Of a stretch of DNA of 64,000 bases, positions 50,406 through 60,246 are shown one piece after another. The DNA is taken from contig CAVWLW010000074.1 of the NCBI GenBank assembly GCA_963755715.1, positions 96,001-160,000 of the forward strand. Direction: 5' to 3'. A program made the position numbers and the translations under genes. Under the pieces are notes generated by a model. The model saw only the letters and a program-made list of their open reading frames with translations, had not been told where the DNA came from and did not search any database. The stretch comes from an uncultured delta proteobacterium (GTDB taxonomy: Bacteria; Desulfobacterota; Binatia; UBA9968). Numbering within the stretch: the first letter of the stretch is position 1; every line of letters begins with the position of its first letter.

Positions 50406-51329
50406 GTGACAAGATGGGCCGCAGTGATCTTGTGCGCCGGCTGGCTCGTCGGGGCAGTATGCGTCGATGCGAGCGATACAGCGGCGGTCAAATGGCCCAA
50501 GGCGCTCGAACTGTTTCAAGGCGGCTTGAGTGAAATCCATGTGAGCGGCGCGAACCTGATTGACGTGAACGGTCGCATGGGCACGACGCCGATTGTTTTC
50601 TACCCGAACGGTCCAGGCTCGTTTGCGGCGATCATCGGCGCCGATGTCGAGGCCAAGCCGGGTTTATCCAAGGTTTTGCTGACGGCGATCGACCGCGCCG
50701 GCGCGCAACGCGAGCGCGTGATTCCATTTAGGATCAAAGCCAAGGCGTTCCGCAAGGAATCGTTCAATGTGCCGCCCAGCTTCGATCAGATGAGCGAGGA
50801 GACGCTCGAAGCGATTCGCCGCGAGCAGGCAACATTCGCGCGCGCGTTCGCCTACTCGGTTCCCGAGCGGCTCTGGGAAGCGCCCTTCGTTCGTCCGGTG
50901 CCGCAGGAGGCATCGGCGTCGTCTTTTGGATTTCGCCGCATTATCAACGGCACCCCGCGGGCGCCGCATAGCGGCACCGATCTCTCCGCGCCGACGGGGA
51001 CGGAGGTGGTCGCCGCCAATCACGGCCGGGTCGTGCTCGTCGGTAATTTTTTCTTCGCCGGCGGGAGCGTCGTCATCGATCACGGCGGCGGGCTCTTTAC
51101 CATGTATTTTCATCTATCGGAGTTTAAAGTCGAAGAAGGCGCGCCCGTGAAAAGCGGCGAGCTGATCGCTTTATCGGGCTCGTCAGGGCGGGTCACGGGG
51201 CCGCACCTTCATTGGGGCGCGCGCTTGGCCAATGCGCGCATCGATCCGCTCGAATTGCTGACGAGAATATCGGTCAACTCGGAAAACGCAGGCGGTTCCA
51301 AGTCGGTTGTTAAGCAAATGGAGAAATAA
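50406..51329 (+). CDS. M23 family metallopeptidase
   Basis: Signal peptide; HSGTD, YFHLS and TGPHLHW motifs. Confidence 0.92.
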   Translation: MTRWAAVILCAGWLVGAVCVDASDTAAVKWPKALELFQGGLSEIHVSGANLIDVNGRMGTTPIVFYPNGPGSFAAIIGADVEAKPGLSKVLLTAIDRAGAQRERVIPFRIKAKAFRKESFNVPPSFDQMSEETLEAIRREQATFARAFAYSVPERLWEAPFVRPVPQEASASSFGFRRIINGTPRAPHSGTDLSAPTGTEVVAANHGRVVLVGNFFFAGGSVVIDHGGGLFTMYFHLSEFKVEEGAPVKSGELIALSGSSGRVTGPHLHWGARLANARIDPLELLTRISVNSENAGGSKSVVKQMEK

Positions 51330-51330
51330 T

Positions 51331-51588
51331 ATGGCGGGTAAAGAATCGCTAAAACAAACTTACGAAGCGGCGCTGGAAGACATCGAGCGGATCGTCGAGC
51401 AGTTGGAGTCCGGTGAGCTCTCGCTGGAGGATTCCCTCGCTGTCTTCGAAAAAGGCGTCGGTCTCACCAAGTACTGCTATCAAAAACTCGATGAGGTTGA
51501 AAAGAAAATCGAGCTGCTGGTTAAGGACAAAGACGGGAAATTGCGCTTGAAAGCGTTCGAAGAACTGCCGGGTCAAGAAGACGATTGA
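51331..51588 (+). CDS. xseB: exodeoxyribonuclease VII small subunit
   Basis: YEAAL..IE.IV..LESGELSLEDSL..FEKG. Confidence 0.96.
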   Translation: MAGKESLKQTYEAALEDIERIVEQLESGELSLEDSLAVFEKGVGLTKYCYQKLDEVEKKIELLVKDKDGKLRLKAFEELPGQEDD

Positions 51589-51634
51589 ACTTACTTATCC
51601 TGCAACGCTGTGCCGTTCGGTTTTGATATCGGGT

Positions 51635-51995
51635 TCAAGATTTCTTGTCGCACGTAATGCCGGAAAGATTTTTTACCTTTCTTTCCATGAACGTGATGAG
51701 CTCCAGCTTGGTGGAAAAATTATCGCGGTAGATTGCTTCTCCGAGCGCGATATGGCCGATCCATGGTTTTTCCTCATCGTAACGTAACCCGGCCGGAATA
51801 ATCGGCACCTTCCCGCGCAAATAGCGCTCGGCCGCGCTCGCAATGTTTACGAATCCCGCTTTGAACGGCAGGAACGATGTGAAAGGGGCGAGGAAGCACT
51901 GCACACAGAGCCAAGCCGTCATAAAGATGATGATAGTGGCGCGCGACGATGAGGACCGGGCCGTGCGCGGGAATGTTCGGCAAATCTGAAGCGAC
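51635..51995 (-). pseudogene. internally deleted PlsC-like acyltransferase remnant
   Basis: NIPAHGPVLIVARHYHHLYDG (H-x4-D), then a jump to VPIIPAGLRY...GEAI; middle and start missing. Confidence 0.7.
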
Positions 51996-52059
51996 GGTTT
52001 TGAAGCGGTTGGCTGCTAAACCGACGCGCGAGCAGGCGCATGGCTGTGTCGATTATAGT

Positions 52060-52140
52060 TCCGGTTATGTCTATCACGAGAGCACCTCGCGCAAGTTCAA
52101 TTCGAAAGCCTATATCGAACGCATTGCGGCGACCGAAAAA
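52060..52140 (+). pseudogene. C-terminal remnant of a class II CPD photolyase
   Basis: ESTSRKFNSKAYIERI resembles the class II photolyase terminal RYM...RKF...YI motif (recognition from memory). Confidence 0.55.
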
Positions 52141-52153
52141 GGTTGCGAGCGGA

Positions 52154-52636
52154 CTAGCCGCTCATTGATTGGCCTGCCGCTCGATCTGCCGATTGGAAAA
52201 TTTCTTCAAGCACGCGATGGCGGTACTGAAAAATCCGTTCGAGATCGGGCGCAACGAAAAATTTTTGCACGAGCCGGCCGCCGGGCACGGCATATTCGAC
52301 TTTGTCGCCAACAAGGGTGCCATTGTCCTTCTCGGTAAAAGTGTGTTCGTGCACCCAGAGCGAGTAGGGACCTCGGGTCTGGCGATCGATGAAGCGATGG
52401 GGCGGCTGCCAGACTTGGATCTCGCTCTGCCAGCGCAGCGGTATGCCCCGCAGGCGCAGCCGATAGTCGAGCAAAGTGCCTTCGCGGATTTCGATTGCCG
52501 GCGGCGTCAGGATTTCGAAACGGAGCCAATCCGGCGTCAGAGCGCTGGAGATTACGCGGGTCGGCAAAGAACTTGGAAAATTTGATCGCGCGCTTGGCGG
52601 AGCCAGAGTTGAGCTTTCAAATCGATATGTTTTCAT
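52154..52636 (-). CDS. SRPBCC family protein (three clustered +1 insertions in the 5' part)
   Basis: Corrected reading Q-L-W...FFADPRNLQRLTPDWL; F.D.Q..GPY..W.HEH.F; DLERIF.YR. Confidence 0.88.
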   Translation of the reverse strand: MKTYRFESSTLAPPSARSNFPSSLPTRVISSALTPDWLRFEILTPPAIEIREGTLLDYRLRLRGIPLRWQSEIQVWQPPHRFIDRQTRGPYSLWVHEHTFTEKDNGTLVGDKVEYAVPGGRLVQKFFVAPDLERIFQYRHRVLEEIFQSADRAAGQSMSG

Positions 52637-52667
52637 CACGGATTCATTCGAGCCCGCTTGCGCTGCT

Positions 52668-53631
52668 CTACACATGATTGCGCAGCATGAGTTCCTTAGG
52701 GCTCGGCGATAAATAAATCTGCTGGTTCAAATAAGGCGACGTCGTATTTCTTGACATAGTGTTGGATCAACGTGACCGGCACGATCAGCGGCACCAGTTG
52801 CTTGCGGTAATCGCGGATCAATTCCACCAGCTCGCTGCGCTCGGCGGCGGAGAGCCGCTCGGAGAAATATCCCATCATGTGGTCGAGGACATTGGCGTGT
52901 TTTTTGGCGCTGGCGTGAATCGCCAGCGCTTCCATGAAGCCCCGGCCGTATTCCTCGTAGGCTCCGCGCAAAGGAATTTTTTTTACGTCGGCGACCAGGC
53001 GACCGAGCCGGCGATAGTGGCGCTCGCTATGCGCCAGCAGCAAATATTTATGCCGGGTATGAAATTCCACCAATGCGCCGGCGGACTTCGATCCCGCCAG
53101 GGCTTCCTGCCAACGATGATAGGCGAAAACCCGATCGATAAAATTCTCGCGCAGCGCGGGATCATTCAAGCGGCCTTCTTCTTCCACGGGCATCAGCGGA
53201 AATCTGGCCATGACCGCGGCGGCGAATAAGCCGCGACCGCGGCGTACCGGCAGGTTCTTCGCGCCGTAGACGCGCACCCGTTCGACGCCGCAGCTCGGCG
53301 AGTTCTTTTTGAACACATAACCGGCGAGCTTTAATTCGACTAATTGCCGCATGCGCACAGCGGCAAAACGGTGCATCGCGTGCGTCCAATCCTTCCCCGA
53401 GCGCTCGGCGATCAGCTGGGGCTTGTCCGGCGGGCCAACCAACCGCAGTGTTTCGCGCGGCACACCCATGCCGACTTCGACTTCCGGACATACGGCAACC
53501 CACTCGACGAAACGGCCGAAAGTATCGCTTAGAAAATTATCCCGCTTGTGTGCGCCGTCGTAGCGAACATTTTGGCCGAGCAGGCAAGCGCTGATGCCGA
53601 GCTTCGGTTTGGGGCGATTGGATTCTGTCAT
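52668..53631 (-). CDS. ybgA: DUF523 (TudS-like) plus DUF1722 (YbgA) protein; +1 frameshift near 52733
   Basis: GISACLLG..VRYDG.H, CPEV, KKNSPSCG, EEEGRL, FH..HKYLL.AH; corrected end YL..Q.Y..P.PKELMLRNHV. Confidence 0.92.
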
Positions 53632-53639
53632 GGCAATGT

Positions 53640-53684
53640 ATGATATTAATATCATTTTAATAAAAAAGTCAATTATACTTGACT
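53640..53684. promoter_or_regulatory. divergent promoter with palindromic operator candidates
   Basis: Perfect palindrome ATGATATTAATATCAT (53640-53655) and AGTCAA-N6-TTGACT (53667-53684; back-to-back -35-like hexamers). Confidence 0.65.
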
Positions 53685-53726
53685 AAAACGGCTAATTTGG
53701 TAAAAAGAAGGTGATTAGGAGCTCAT

Positions 53727-54632
53727 ATGAAAGTGGTTATCACAGGAGCGACAGGGTTAATCGGCTCGATCTTGACCGATCGACTGTGGAATCAATTTCA
53801 CTCTGTGGTGCTGCTGAGTCGGAAACCGCCCTCGGAAATCAACGTCACAAAAAAGGAATGGTTCGCATGGCAGCCGGGCGTTGGCGGCGAATGGGAGAAG
53901 GCCATCGACGGCGCCGACGGCATTATCAACTTGGCCGGCGAACCGATTGCCGCCAAACGCTGGAGCGTGGCGCAGAAAGCCAAGCTGCGCTCCAGTCGAA
54001 TTGACGCAACCCGATCGTTGGTCGATGCAATTTCCAAGGCGAACGTAAAGCCAAAGTTTTTAATCAACGCGTCAGCCGTAGGTTATTACGGGCCGCACGG
54101 GGATGAAACCGTGACGGAAAAGACCGGCTCCGGATCGGACTTTCTCTCGCGTCTCTGTGTCGAGTGGGAAGACGAGGCAAGAAAGGCCGAAGCGTTCGGC
54201 GTCAGAGTCGCGCTGGTGCGCACCGGCATCGTGCTCGCCAAAGGCAAGGGAGCGTTAGCCAAGATGGTCGCGCCGTTCAAGATGTTCGTCGGCGGTCCCT
54301 TAGGCTCCGGCCGACAGTGGATGCCCTGGATTCATATCGAAGATGAGATCGAGCTGATTTCCTTTCTGATCGAAAACGATGCGGCGCGCGGTGCGTTCAA
54401 CGCCACCGCACCGAATCCGGTGACTATGGAAGTATTCTCTAAAACGCTCGGCGACGCGCTCGACCGGCCGTCGTGGGCGTCGGTGCCGCCGTCGGTGTTG
54501 GCGATCTTGGTGGGCGAGATGGCCGAGATGCTTTTAAATGGCCAGCGCGCCATGCCCGAGGCGGCGTCGAAGCTCGGCTACAATTTCAAATATCCGCATC
54601 TCGCCGGTGCACTGAAATCGCTGAAACTATAG
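53727..54632 (+). CDS. TIGR01777 family epimerase/oxidoreductase (YfcH-like)
   Basis: ITGATGLIG, INLAGEPI...RW, ASAVGYYG, GSGRQWMPWIH and GQRA.P motifs. Confidence 0.93.
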   Translation: MKVVITGATGLIGSILTDRLWNQFHSVVLLSRKPPSEINVTKKEWFAWQPGVGGEWEKAIDGADGIINLAGEPIAAKRWSVAQKAKLRSSRIDATRSLVDAISKANVKPKFLINASAVGYYGPHGDETVTEKTGSGSDFLSRLCVEWEDEARKAEAFGVRVALVRTGIVLAKGKGALAKMVAPFKMFVGGPLGSGRQWMPWIHIEDEIELISFLIENDAARGAFNATAPNPVTMEVFSKTLGDALDRPSWASVPPSVLAILVGEMAEMLLNGQRAMPEAASKLGYNFKYPHLAGALKSLKL

Positions 54633-54692
54633 GAGCGGCGAGAGTTGAATAACACGACAACAGTGGCGGTCGCACGACATAGGTAGGACAAA

Positions 54693-55635
54693 GTGAATAT
54701 AGTCAAAAATCACTCAGATTATTTGGCGGAACATTTGGTGCCAATGCGGCAACGTTTCAGCACCGCCCTCGGGCGCGGCGATGCCGAGGACGCGGCGCAA
54801 GTGATCGACGAGTTGCTGGCGGGCCAGAGATCGCTTTTGGAGATTTATCTGGAGGTCATTGCGCCGGCGTTGGTGGCCATCGGCGACTCGTGGTGCAGCG
54901 GCGAAATCGGCGTCGGAGACGAACACCTGGCGACACAAATCGTCATCGAGCAGATGGATCGGTTGCGCTCTTTGTTCGTGACGCCTGAAGCGCGCTCGCC
55001 CTATCGCGTACTGGTCGCTTGCATCGAAGGGGAGCAGCACTTCATCGGCGCTAGAATGGTCGCCGACCTCTGCTTGTTGAAAGGCTGGGCGGTCGATTTC
55101 CTCGGCGCGAACACGCCGACGACTGCCGTCGTCGAGATGGCCAAGCGACGCCATGCGCATTTGGTGGCGCTGTCCGTGACGATGGAACAAGGCATGACCC
55201 ACGTGCAGCGCCTGCTCGATGAGTTGGCGGCGCTATCGCCCGCACCGAACGTCGTTCTCGGCGGCCAGCTTTTTGCCGCCAACGCCTTGCCGGTGAGTCT
55301 CCAGCGCGGTTGCGTCATCGCGCGCGACGCCACAGACGGCATCGAGCTGATCGGCAAGCTGCTGCGGGCGGATCGGCCGAAGGCTGTGCTGAAAGAATAT
55401 TTGTTGGTTTTGGCCCGCCGGGTGCGCGAGCTGCGTACGAAGAAAGGTTGGACCCAGGAACAATTGGCCGAAGCTACCCGGGTCACCCGTGTCTGCATCG
55501 TCGCCGTCGAAGGCGGCAAACAAAACGTTTCGATGGATATACTCGTCCGCCTCGGCCAATGCCCTGGCCGTAACGCCGGAGGCTCTGCTGGCGAGCGATA
55601 GCGATTTGCCCCCAGTCCCGAGGAGAGATGCATGA
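54693..55635 (+). CDS. cobalamin-binding (CarH-type) regulator with C-terminal XRE helix-turn-helix; +1 frameshift near 55555
   Basis: IGDSW-x9-EH cap motif, EGEQHFIG, FLGANTP, LSVT, LGG; then RVRELR...WTQEQLA...VEGGKQNVS...LANAL; corrected stop overlaps the crtE ATG. Confidence 0.88.
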
Positions 55636-56744
55636 AGAATCCGATCTTCGAGAGCGCCAGCGCGGCGATTGCGCCGCGTAACAAACCGTTTAAAGAGCGC
55701 CACCAGAGCGGCGACGAGGATGGTCTTGCTTACGCCCTTCCCGATGACCATCGCTTGGGCAAGCTGCTTGGCTTTGACGCCGCTCCGGCGGTTGGAAATA
55801 TTCTTATGGACGTGTTGCTCCGTCCCGTGGCCGATCTGACTGCAAACCCCGGTAAGCGCATCCGTGCGCAATTGGTTTCGTTCAGCTACCGGCTTCTCAA
55901 TGGCGATCTGCCGTTGTCTCTGGCGGCAGCGACGCGTTGCCGGTCTTGCGCCGAAGCGATCGAATTGATTCACGCCGGCTCGCTCATCGTCGACGATATC
56001 GAGGACGGCAGTCCGATGCGTCGGGGTTGTCCGGCGCTGCATACGCGCTACGGCATGCCGATCGCGCTCAACGCCGGCAACTGGTTATACTTCTGGCCTT
56101 TCCAGTTGTTCAAAGAAACCGGCCTCGGCGAAGACGATTTGCTGCTCGTGTATGAGCGTTATCACCGCACGCTGCTGCGCGCCCATTTCGGTCAGGCCCT
56201 CGATTTAGGCGCGCGGGTCGACACGTTGACGCAAGATGCGGTGGCCGAAGTGTGCCTGGCTGCGATGCGGCTTAAAACCGGCGCGCTCATGGGCTTCGCC
56301 GCTCTCTTGGGCGCCACGCTTGCCGATGCTTCGGAAAGATTGCTGTCGACGCTCGACGAGTTCGGTCGGGACTTGGGCGTGGCGCTGCAAATGTTCGACG
56401 ATTTGGGCAACGTTATCGGTAAATGCGAGCCATCAAAGCGCTACGAGGATTTGATTTTATCCCGGCCGTCGTGGGTGTGGGCCTGCGCCGCGCAGCGCAG
56501 CAGCCCGGCGGATTACCGGGACTTCGTCGCCGCGGCGCACAGGCTGCCCGAGGCGGCTGACTTGCAAGCGTGGATGGAACGGCATTGTTTGGTACAGGAG
56601 ACGCGGCAAAGCGCCCGCGCGCATCTCGACCGGAGTTTCGACAATCTCAAAAATCGTTTGAGTGCCGAACACGTGCGCTGGTCGGCGCGCGCTTTTGACG
56701 AGCTGCGCGCTCTCGGCGAGGAGATCGCGGTGGCCTATGGCTAA
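55632..56744 (+). CDS. crtE: polyprenyl (geranylgeranyl) diphosphate synthase
   Basis: GKRIR, VDDIEDGS..RRG, GQALDL, KTG and QMFDD motifs; heads the crt genes. Confidence 0.85.
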   Translation: MKNPIFESASAAIAPRNKPFKERHQSGDEDGLAYALPDDHRLGKLLGFDAAPAVGNILMDVLLRPVADLTANPGKRIRAQLVSFSYRLLNGDLPLSLAAATRCRSCAEAIELIHAGSLIVDDIEDGSPMRRGCPALHTRYGMPIALNAGNWLYFWPFQLFKETGLGEDDLLLVYERYHRTLLRAHFGQALDLGARVDTLTQDAVAEVCLAAMRLKTGALMGFAALLGATLADASERLLSTLDEFGRDLGVALQMFDDLGNVIGKCEPSKRYEDLILSRPSWVWACAAQRSSPADYRDFVAAAHRLPEAADLQAWMERHCLVQETRQSARAHLDRSFDNLKNRLSAEHVRWSARAFDELRALGEEIAVAYG

Positions 56745-58269
56745 GGTGCGCGCGGCGGTGATCGGCAGTGGATTCGGCGGCCTCGCCTTGGCGATCCGCT
56801 TACAGGCGGCCGGCTGCCGCACGATGCTATTTGAAAAACGCGATCAGGCGGGTGGGCGGGCGTACGTTTACCGTGATCAAGGTTTTACCTTCGACGCCGG
56901 GCCGACGGTGATCACGGCGCCGGATTGTTTGCGCGAGCTTTTCACGCTCGCCGGCAGGTCGATGGACGATTACGTTGAGCTGTTGCCGGTGAATCCCTTT
57001 TATCGCTTGTTCTGGGAAGACGGCTACCGGTTCGACTATTCCGCCGACCAGGCGCTGATCGAACGGCAGATTGAAAAAAAATCGCCGGCCGACGTGGCCG
57101 GCTATAGGCAATTTTTAAAATATTCGGAAGAAGTGTTTCGCGAGGGTTACGAAAAACTCGCCCACGTGCCGTTTCTCAACTGGTCGAGCATGGTTTCGGT
57201 CGCGCCGCAGTTAATTCGCCTGAAAGCCTATCGCTCGGTCTACAGCATGGTCGCCAAGCATGTGCGCGATCCGCATCTACGCCAGCTCTTCAGCTTTCAT
57301 TCGCTCTTGGTCGGCGGCAATCCGTTTACGACGACTTCGATCTATACCTTGATTCATTGCCTGGAGCGCAAGTGGGGCGTTTTCTTTCCCAAGGGAGGCA
57401 CCGGCGCGTTGGTGCGGGCGCTGGTCAAACTCTTCAACGAGCTTGGCGGTGAAATTCGCTTTAATGCGGAAATCGCCGAGATTTCGACGAACGGCGATAA
57501 AGTTACCGGCGTGGTGGACGGGGAGGGGCACCAACAGGCTTTCGACTTGGTGGCGAGCAACGCCGATGTGGTTCATACTTATGGCAAACTGCTCGGGCAC
57601 GAGCCGCGGGCTCAGCGCATGCGCAAATGCCTGGCGAAGATGAACTACAGCATGTCGCTGTTTCTAATCTATTTCGGCACGCGGCGAAAATATCCTAATC
57701 TCCTCCATCACAATATCATCTTCGGGCTGCGCTACCGCGAATTGTTACAAGACATTTTTAGTCGCGGCCGTTTGGCTGAAGATTTCTCGCTTTACCTGCA
57801 CGCGCCGAGCCAATCCGATCCGGATCTGGCGCCGCCCGGCTGTGAAACTTTCTATGTGCTTTCCCCAGTGCCGCACCTGGGCAAGCTCAATCTCGACTGG
57901 AGCGTCGAAGGGCCGCGCTATGCTGAGCGCATACTCGCTTATCTCGAACAGCGCTACATGCCGGACTTGCGCCGCGAGATCGTTGCTCAAAGAATCTTTA
58001 CGCCGAGGGATTTCCAGGTTGAGCTGAATTCTCATCTCGGCTCGGCATTTTCGCTCGAGCCGCGGTTGCTGCAGAGCGCCTATTTCCGAGTGCACAATCG
58101 CGACGAGAATATCAACGGCCTGTATTTCGTCGGCGCGGGGACCCATCCGGGCGCCGGTATTCCCGGCGTCGTCAACTCGGCGAAGGCGACCGCGGGCGTG
58201 ATTTTGCAGGATTTCGCCGGTGTACTGGCAAGCGCACGGCTAAAGGCCGCGGAGTTTTGCTATGCATGA
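56737..58269 (+). CDS. crtI: phytoene desaturase
   Basis: IGSGFGG, FDAGPTVIT, HSLLVGGNPF and VGAGTHPGAGIPGV motifs. Confidence 0.96.
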   Translation: MAKVRAAVIGSGFGGLALAIRLQAAGCRTMLFEKRDQAGGRAYVYRDQGFTFDAGPTVITAPDCLRELFTLAGRSMDDYVELLPVNPFYRLFWEDGYRFDYSADQALIERQIEKKSPADVAGYRQFLKYSEEVFREGYEKLAHVPFLNWSSMVSVAPQLIRLKAYRSVYSMVAKHVRDPHLRQLFSFHSLLVGGNPFTTTSIYTLIHCLERKWGVFFPKGGTGALVRALVKLFNELGGEIRFNAEIAEISTNGDKVTGVVDGEGHQQAFDLVASNADVVHTYGKLLGHEPRAQRMRKCLAKMNYSMSLFLIYFGTRRKYPNLLHHNIIFGLRYRELLQDIFSRGRLAEDFSLYLHAPSQSDPDLAPPGCETFYVLSPVPHLGKLNLDWSVEGPRYAERILAYLEQRYMPDLRREIVAQRIFTPRDFQVELNSHLGSAFSLEPRLLQSAYFRVHNRDENINGLYFVGAGTHPGAGIPGVVNSAKATAGVILQDFAGVLASARLKAAEFCYA

Positions 58270-59215
58270 GGCTATGACTCCGGAGGTAAAAACGGCCCTC
58301 GACGAGTGCCGTGAAATCATCCGCAAGGGATCGAAAAGTTTTTCCTTGGCCGCGCGGCTCTTCGATCCGGCGACGCGGGACGCGGCATTTTTTCTCTACG
58401 GCTGGTGTCGCTACTGCGACGATCAGGTCGATCAGGTGGGCCGGAGTGAAAGCGCGGCCGAGCTCGGGCAACGGCTGAAAGCGCTCAAGGAGCGCACGGC
58501 GGCCGCGTTTGGCTTCGCGCCGCAGCGCGAGCCGGTTTTTATCGCCCTGCAGTATATCGTGCACCGCTACGGCATTCCGGCGCACTATGCGCTGGAATTG
58601 ATCGAGGGCATGGCGATGGACGCGCGCGGCACGCGGTACACGACTTTAAAAGAGCTTTTGCTTTACTGCTACCGCGTCGCCGGTACCGTCGGTCTGATGA
58701 TGACCCACGTGATGGGCCTGCGCGATGAGCGCGCGCTTAGACACGCGGCGGATCTAGGTATCGCCATGCAGCTCACTAATATCGCGCGCGACATTATCGA
58801 AGACGCCAGCATGGGCCGGATCTATCTGCCGGCGGGGTGGTTGCGCGAAGCCGAGATCGAGCCAGAAGAGCTCGCCGCGCCACACAACCGCGTGAAGTTG
58901 GCGATGTTGACGCTGCGCTTGCTGCACGAAGCCGAGCGCTACTACCGCTCCGGCGACGAAGGCTTGTGGCATCTTTCGCTTCGCTCCGCCTGCGCGGTCA
59001 CGGCGGCGCGCCGCGTCTATTCCGAAATCGGCCGGCTGCTGATCGCCAAGGGCGCGCAGGCCTGGGACGAACGGACTTACGTCACCGGCGCGCGCAAGAT
59101 ATGGGTGGTGCTCCGCGCGGTTGCCGGTTTGATTCGCTCGGTGCCGGCGCGCTGGTTTCAACCCTGGTCGCCAGCGCCGCTGCGCGCGATTTGGAAAGCG
59201 TCCAATGTGCAATAG
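58262..59215 (+). CDS. crtB: phytoene synthase
   Basis: GSKSF..AA.LF, WCR.CDDQVD, YCYRVAGTVG, QLTNIARD and GRIYLP motifs. Confidence 0.96.
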   Translation: MHEAMTPEVKTALDECREIIRKGSKSFSLAARLFDPATRDAAFFLYGWCRYCDDQVDQVGRSESAAELGQRLKALKERTAAAFGFAPQREPVFIALQYIVHRYGIPAHYALELIEGMAMDARGTRYTTLKELLLYCYRVAGTVGLMMTHVMGLRDERALRHAADLGIAMQLTNIARDIIEDASMGRIYLPAGWLREAEIEPEELAAPHNRVKLAMLTLRLLHEAERYYRSGDEGLWHLSLRSACAVTAARRVYSEIGRLLIAKGAQAWDERTYVTGARKIWVVLRAVAGLIRSVPARWFQPWSPAPLRAIWKASNVQ

Positions 59216-59237
59216 GTCGAATTTCTCCGGAGGATCT

Positions 59238-60062
59238 ATGTCCATCGTGCCCTGGCTATTTTTAGCCGTTCAAGCCGCCATCGTCGTCGCCAGCCTTTTG
59301 GGCTACGGCATTTTTACCGCGCGTCCGGATCTGCTCCTACAGGTCGATCCGCAGGCGAAATTTTTTACCTGGGCGTTTCACGGCTTTGCCGTTGGCAACA
59401 TGCTTTTCGGCGGGCTTGCCGTCGTCGCCGATGCGCTTTGGACGGATCGGCAAAAAGCTCTTTGGGCGTTCGTTGCCGTTTATGTCGTGAGTCTCACGAG
59501 CGAGCTCATGGGCACGACCTACGGCATGCCCTTCGGCGCCTATTCGTATACTTCGCTGCTCGGTGTCAAATGGTTCGAGCGCGTGCCGCTGTTGATTCCG
59601 CTGAGCTGGTTCACCATGAGTTGGGCCTGCTGGGTCATCGCACGGCTGCGTGCCCGCGGTGCCAGCGCCGTGTTGCTCGGCGCATCTTTGCTGGTGGCGT
59701 GGGATCTTTTGCTCGATCCGGCGATGAGCAAAGTGACGAGCTATTGGGTGTGGGGAGAAACCGGCAGTTACTATGACATGCCTTGGATGAATCTTGTCGG
59801 CTGGGGCGTCACCGGTCTAGTGCTGTTCATTATTCTCAACAAGATGGCGCCTGATCCGAAGAGTAGCCCGCGCTTCGCGTTTTGGGTGTACCTGGTTAAT
59901 TTTGCCTTGCCGTTGGGCTTTTGCATCTTGAATCGTTACTGGCTAGCCGTGCTCGCCGGACCCTTGAGCATCACCTTGGCGTGTTTTGTTTTTACCCGCG
60001 TGTGGCGCGGCGGATTGAACCAGCAGGATTCTCCGGTAACTTTCGCCGCCGGCCGGGGCTAA
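59238..60062 (+). CDS. cruF: carotenoid 1,2-hydratase-like membrane protein (CruF/DUF422)
   Basis: E..G..YG.PFG.Y.Y...LG, VP..IP..W, WDL.LDPAM, YW.W and P..N..GW motifs; multiple TM segments. Confidence 0.85.
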   Translation: MSIVPWLFLAVQAAIVVASLLGYGIFTARPDLLLQVDPQAKFFTWAFHGFAVGNMLFGGLAVVADALWTDRQKALWAFVAVYVVSLTSELMGTTYGMPFGAYSYTSLLGVKWFERVPLLIPLSWFTMSWACWVIARLRARGASAVLLGASLLVAWDLLLDPAMSKVTSYWVWGETGSYYDMPWMNLVGWGVTGLVLFIILNKMAPDPKSSPRFAFWVYLVNFALPLGFCILNRYWLAVLAGPLSITLACFVFTRVWRGGLNQQDSPVTFAAGRG

Positions 60063-60246
60063 GAGCACGGTATTAGACAGCCCGACGTTCGACAACGAAT
60101 TGCAGAGAATGTCGCTCTCCGCTGAAATCAACTGATCTGGCGGAGGGCGACAGCTTGCGCATTGACCTGAGGGCCAGCGAAATGAGAACTGTATTGATGG
60201 GCTGAGGAAAGGAAAAGAAGGCCAACAACCATCCACCGAGTCGAGC

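Noticed and set aside
54400-54760. Cobalamin riboswitch near the B12-binding regulator
   Set aside because: The intergenic gap is only ~60 bp and has no B12-box-like sequence.
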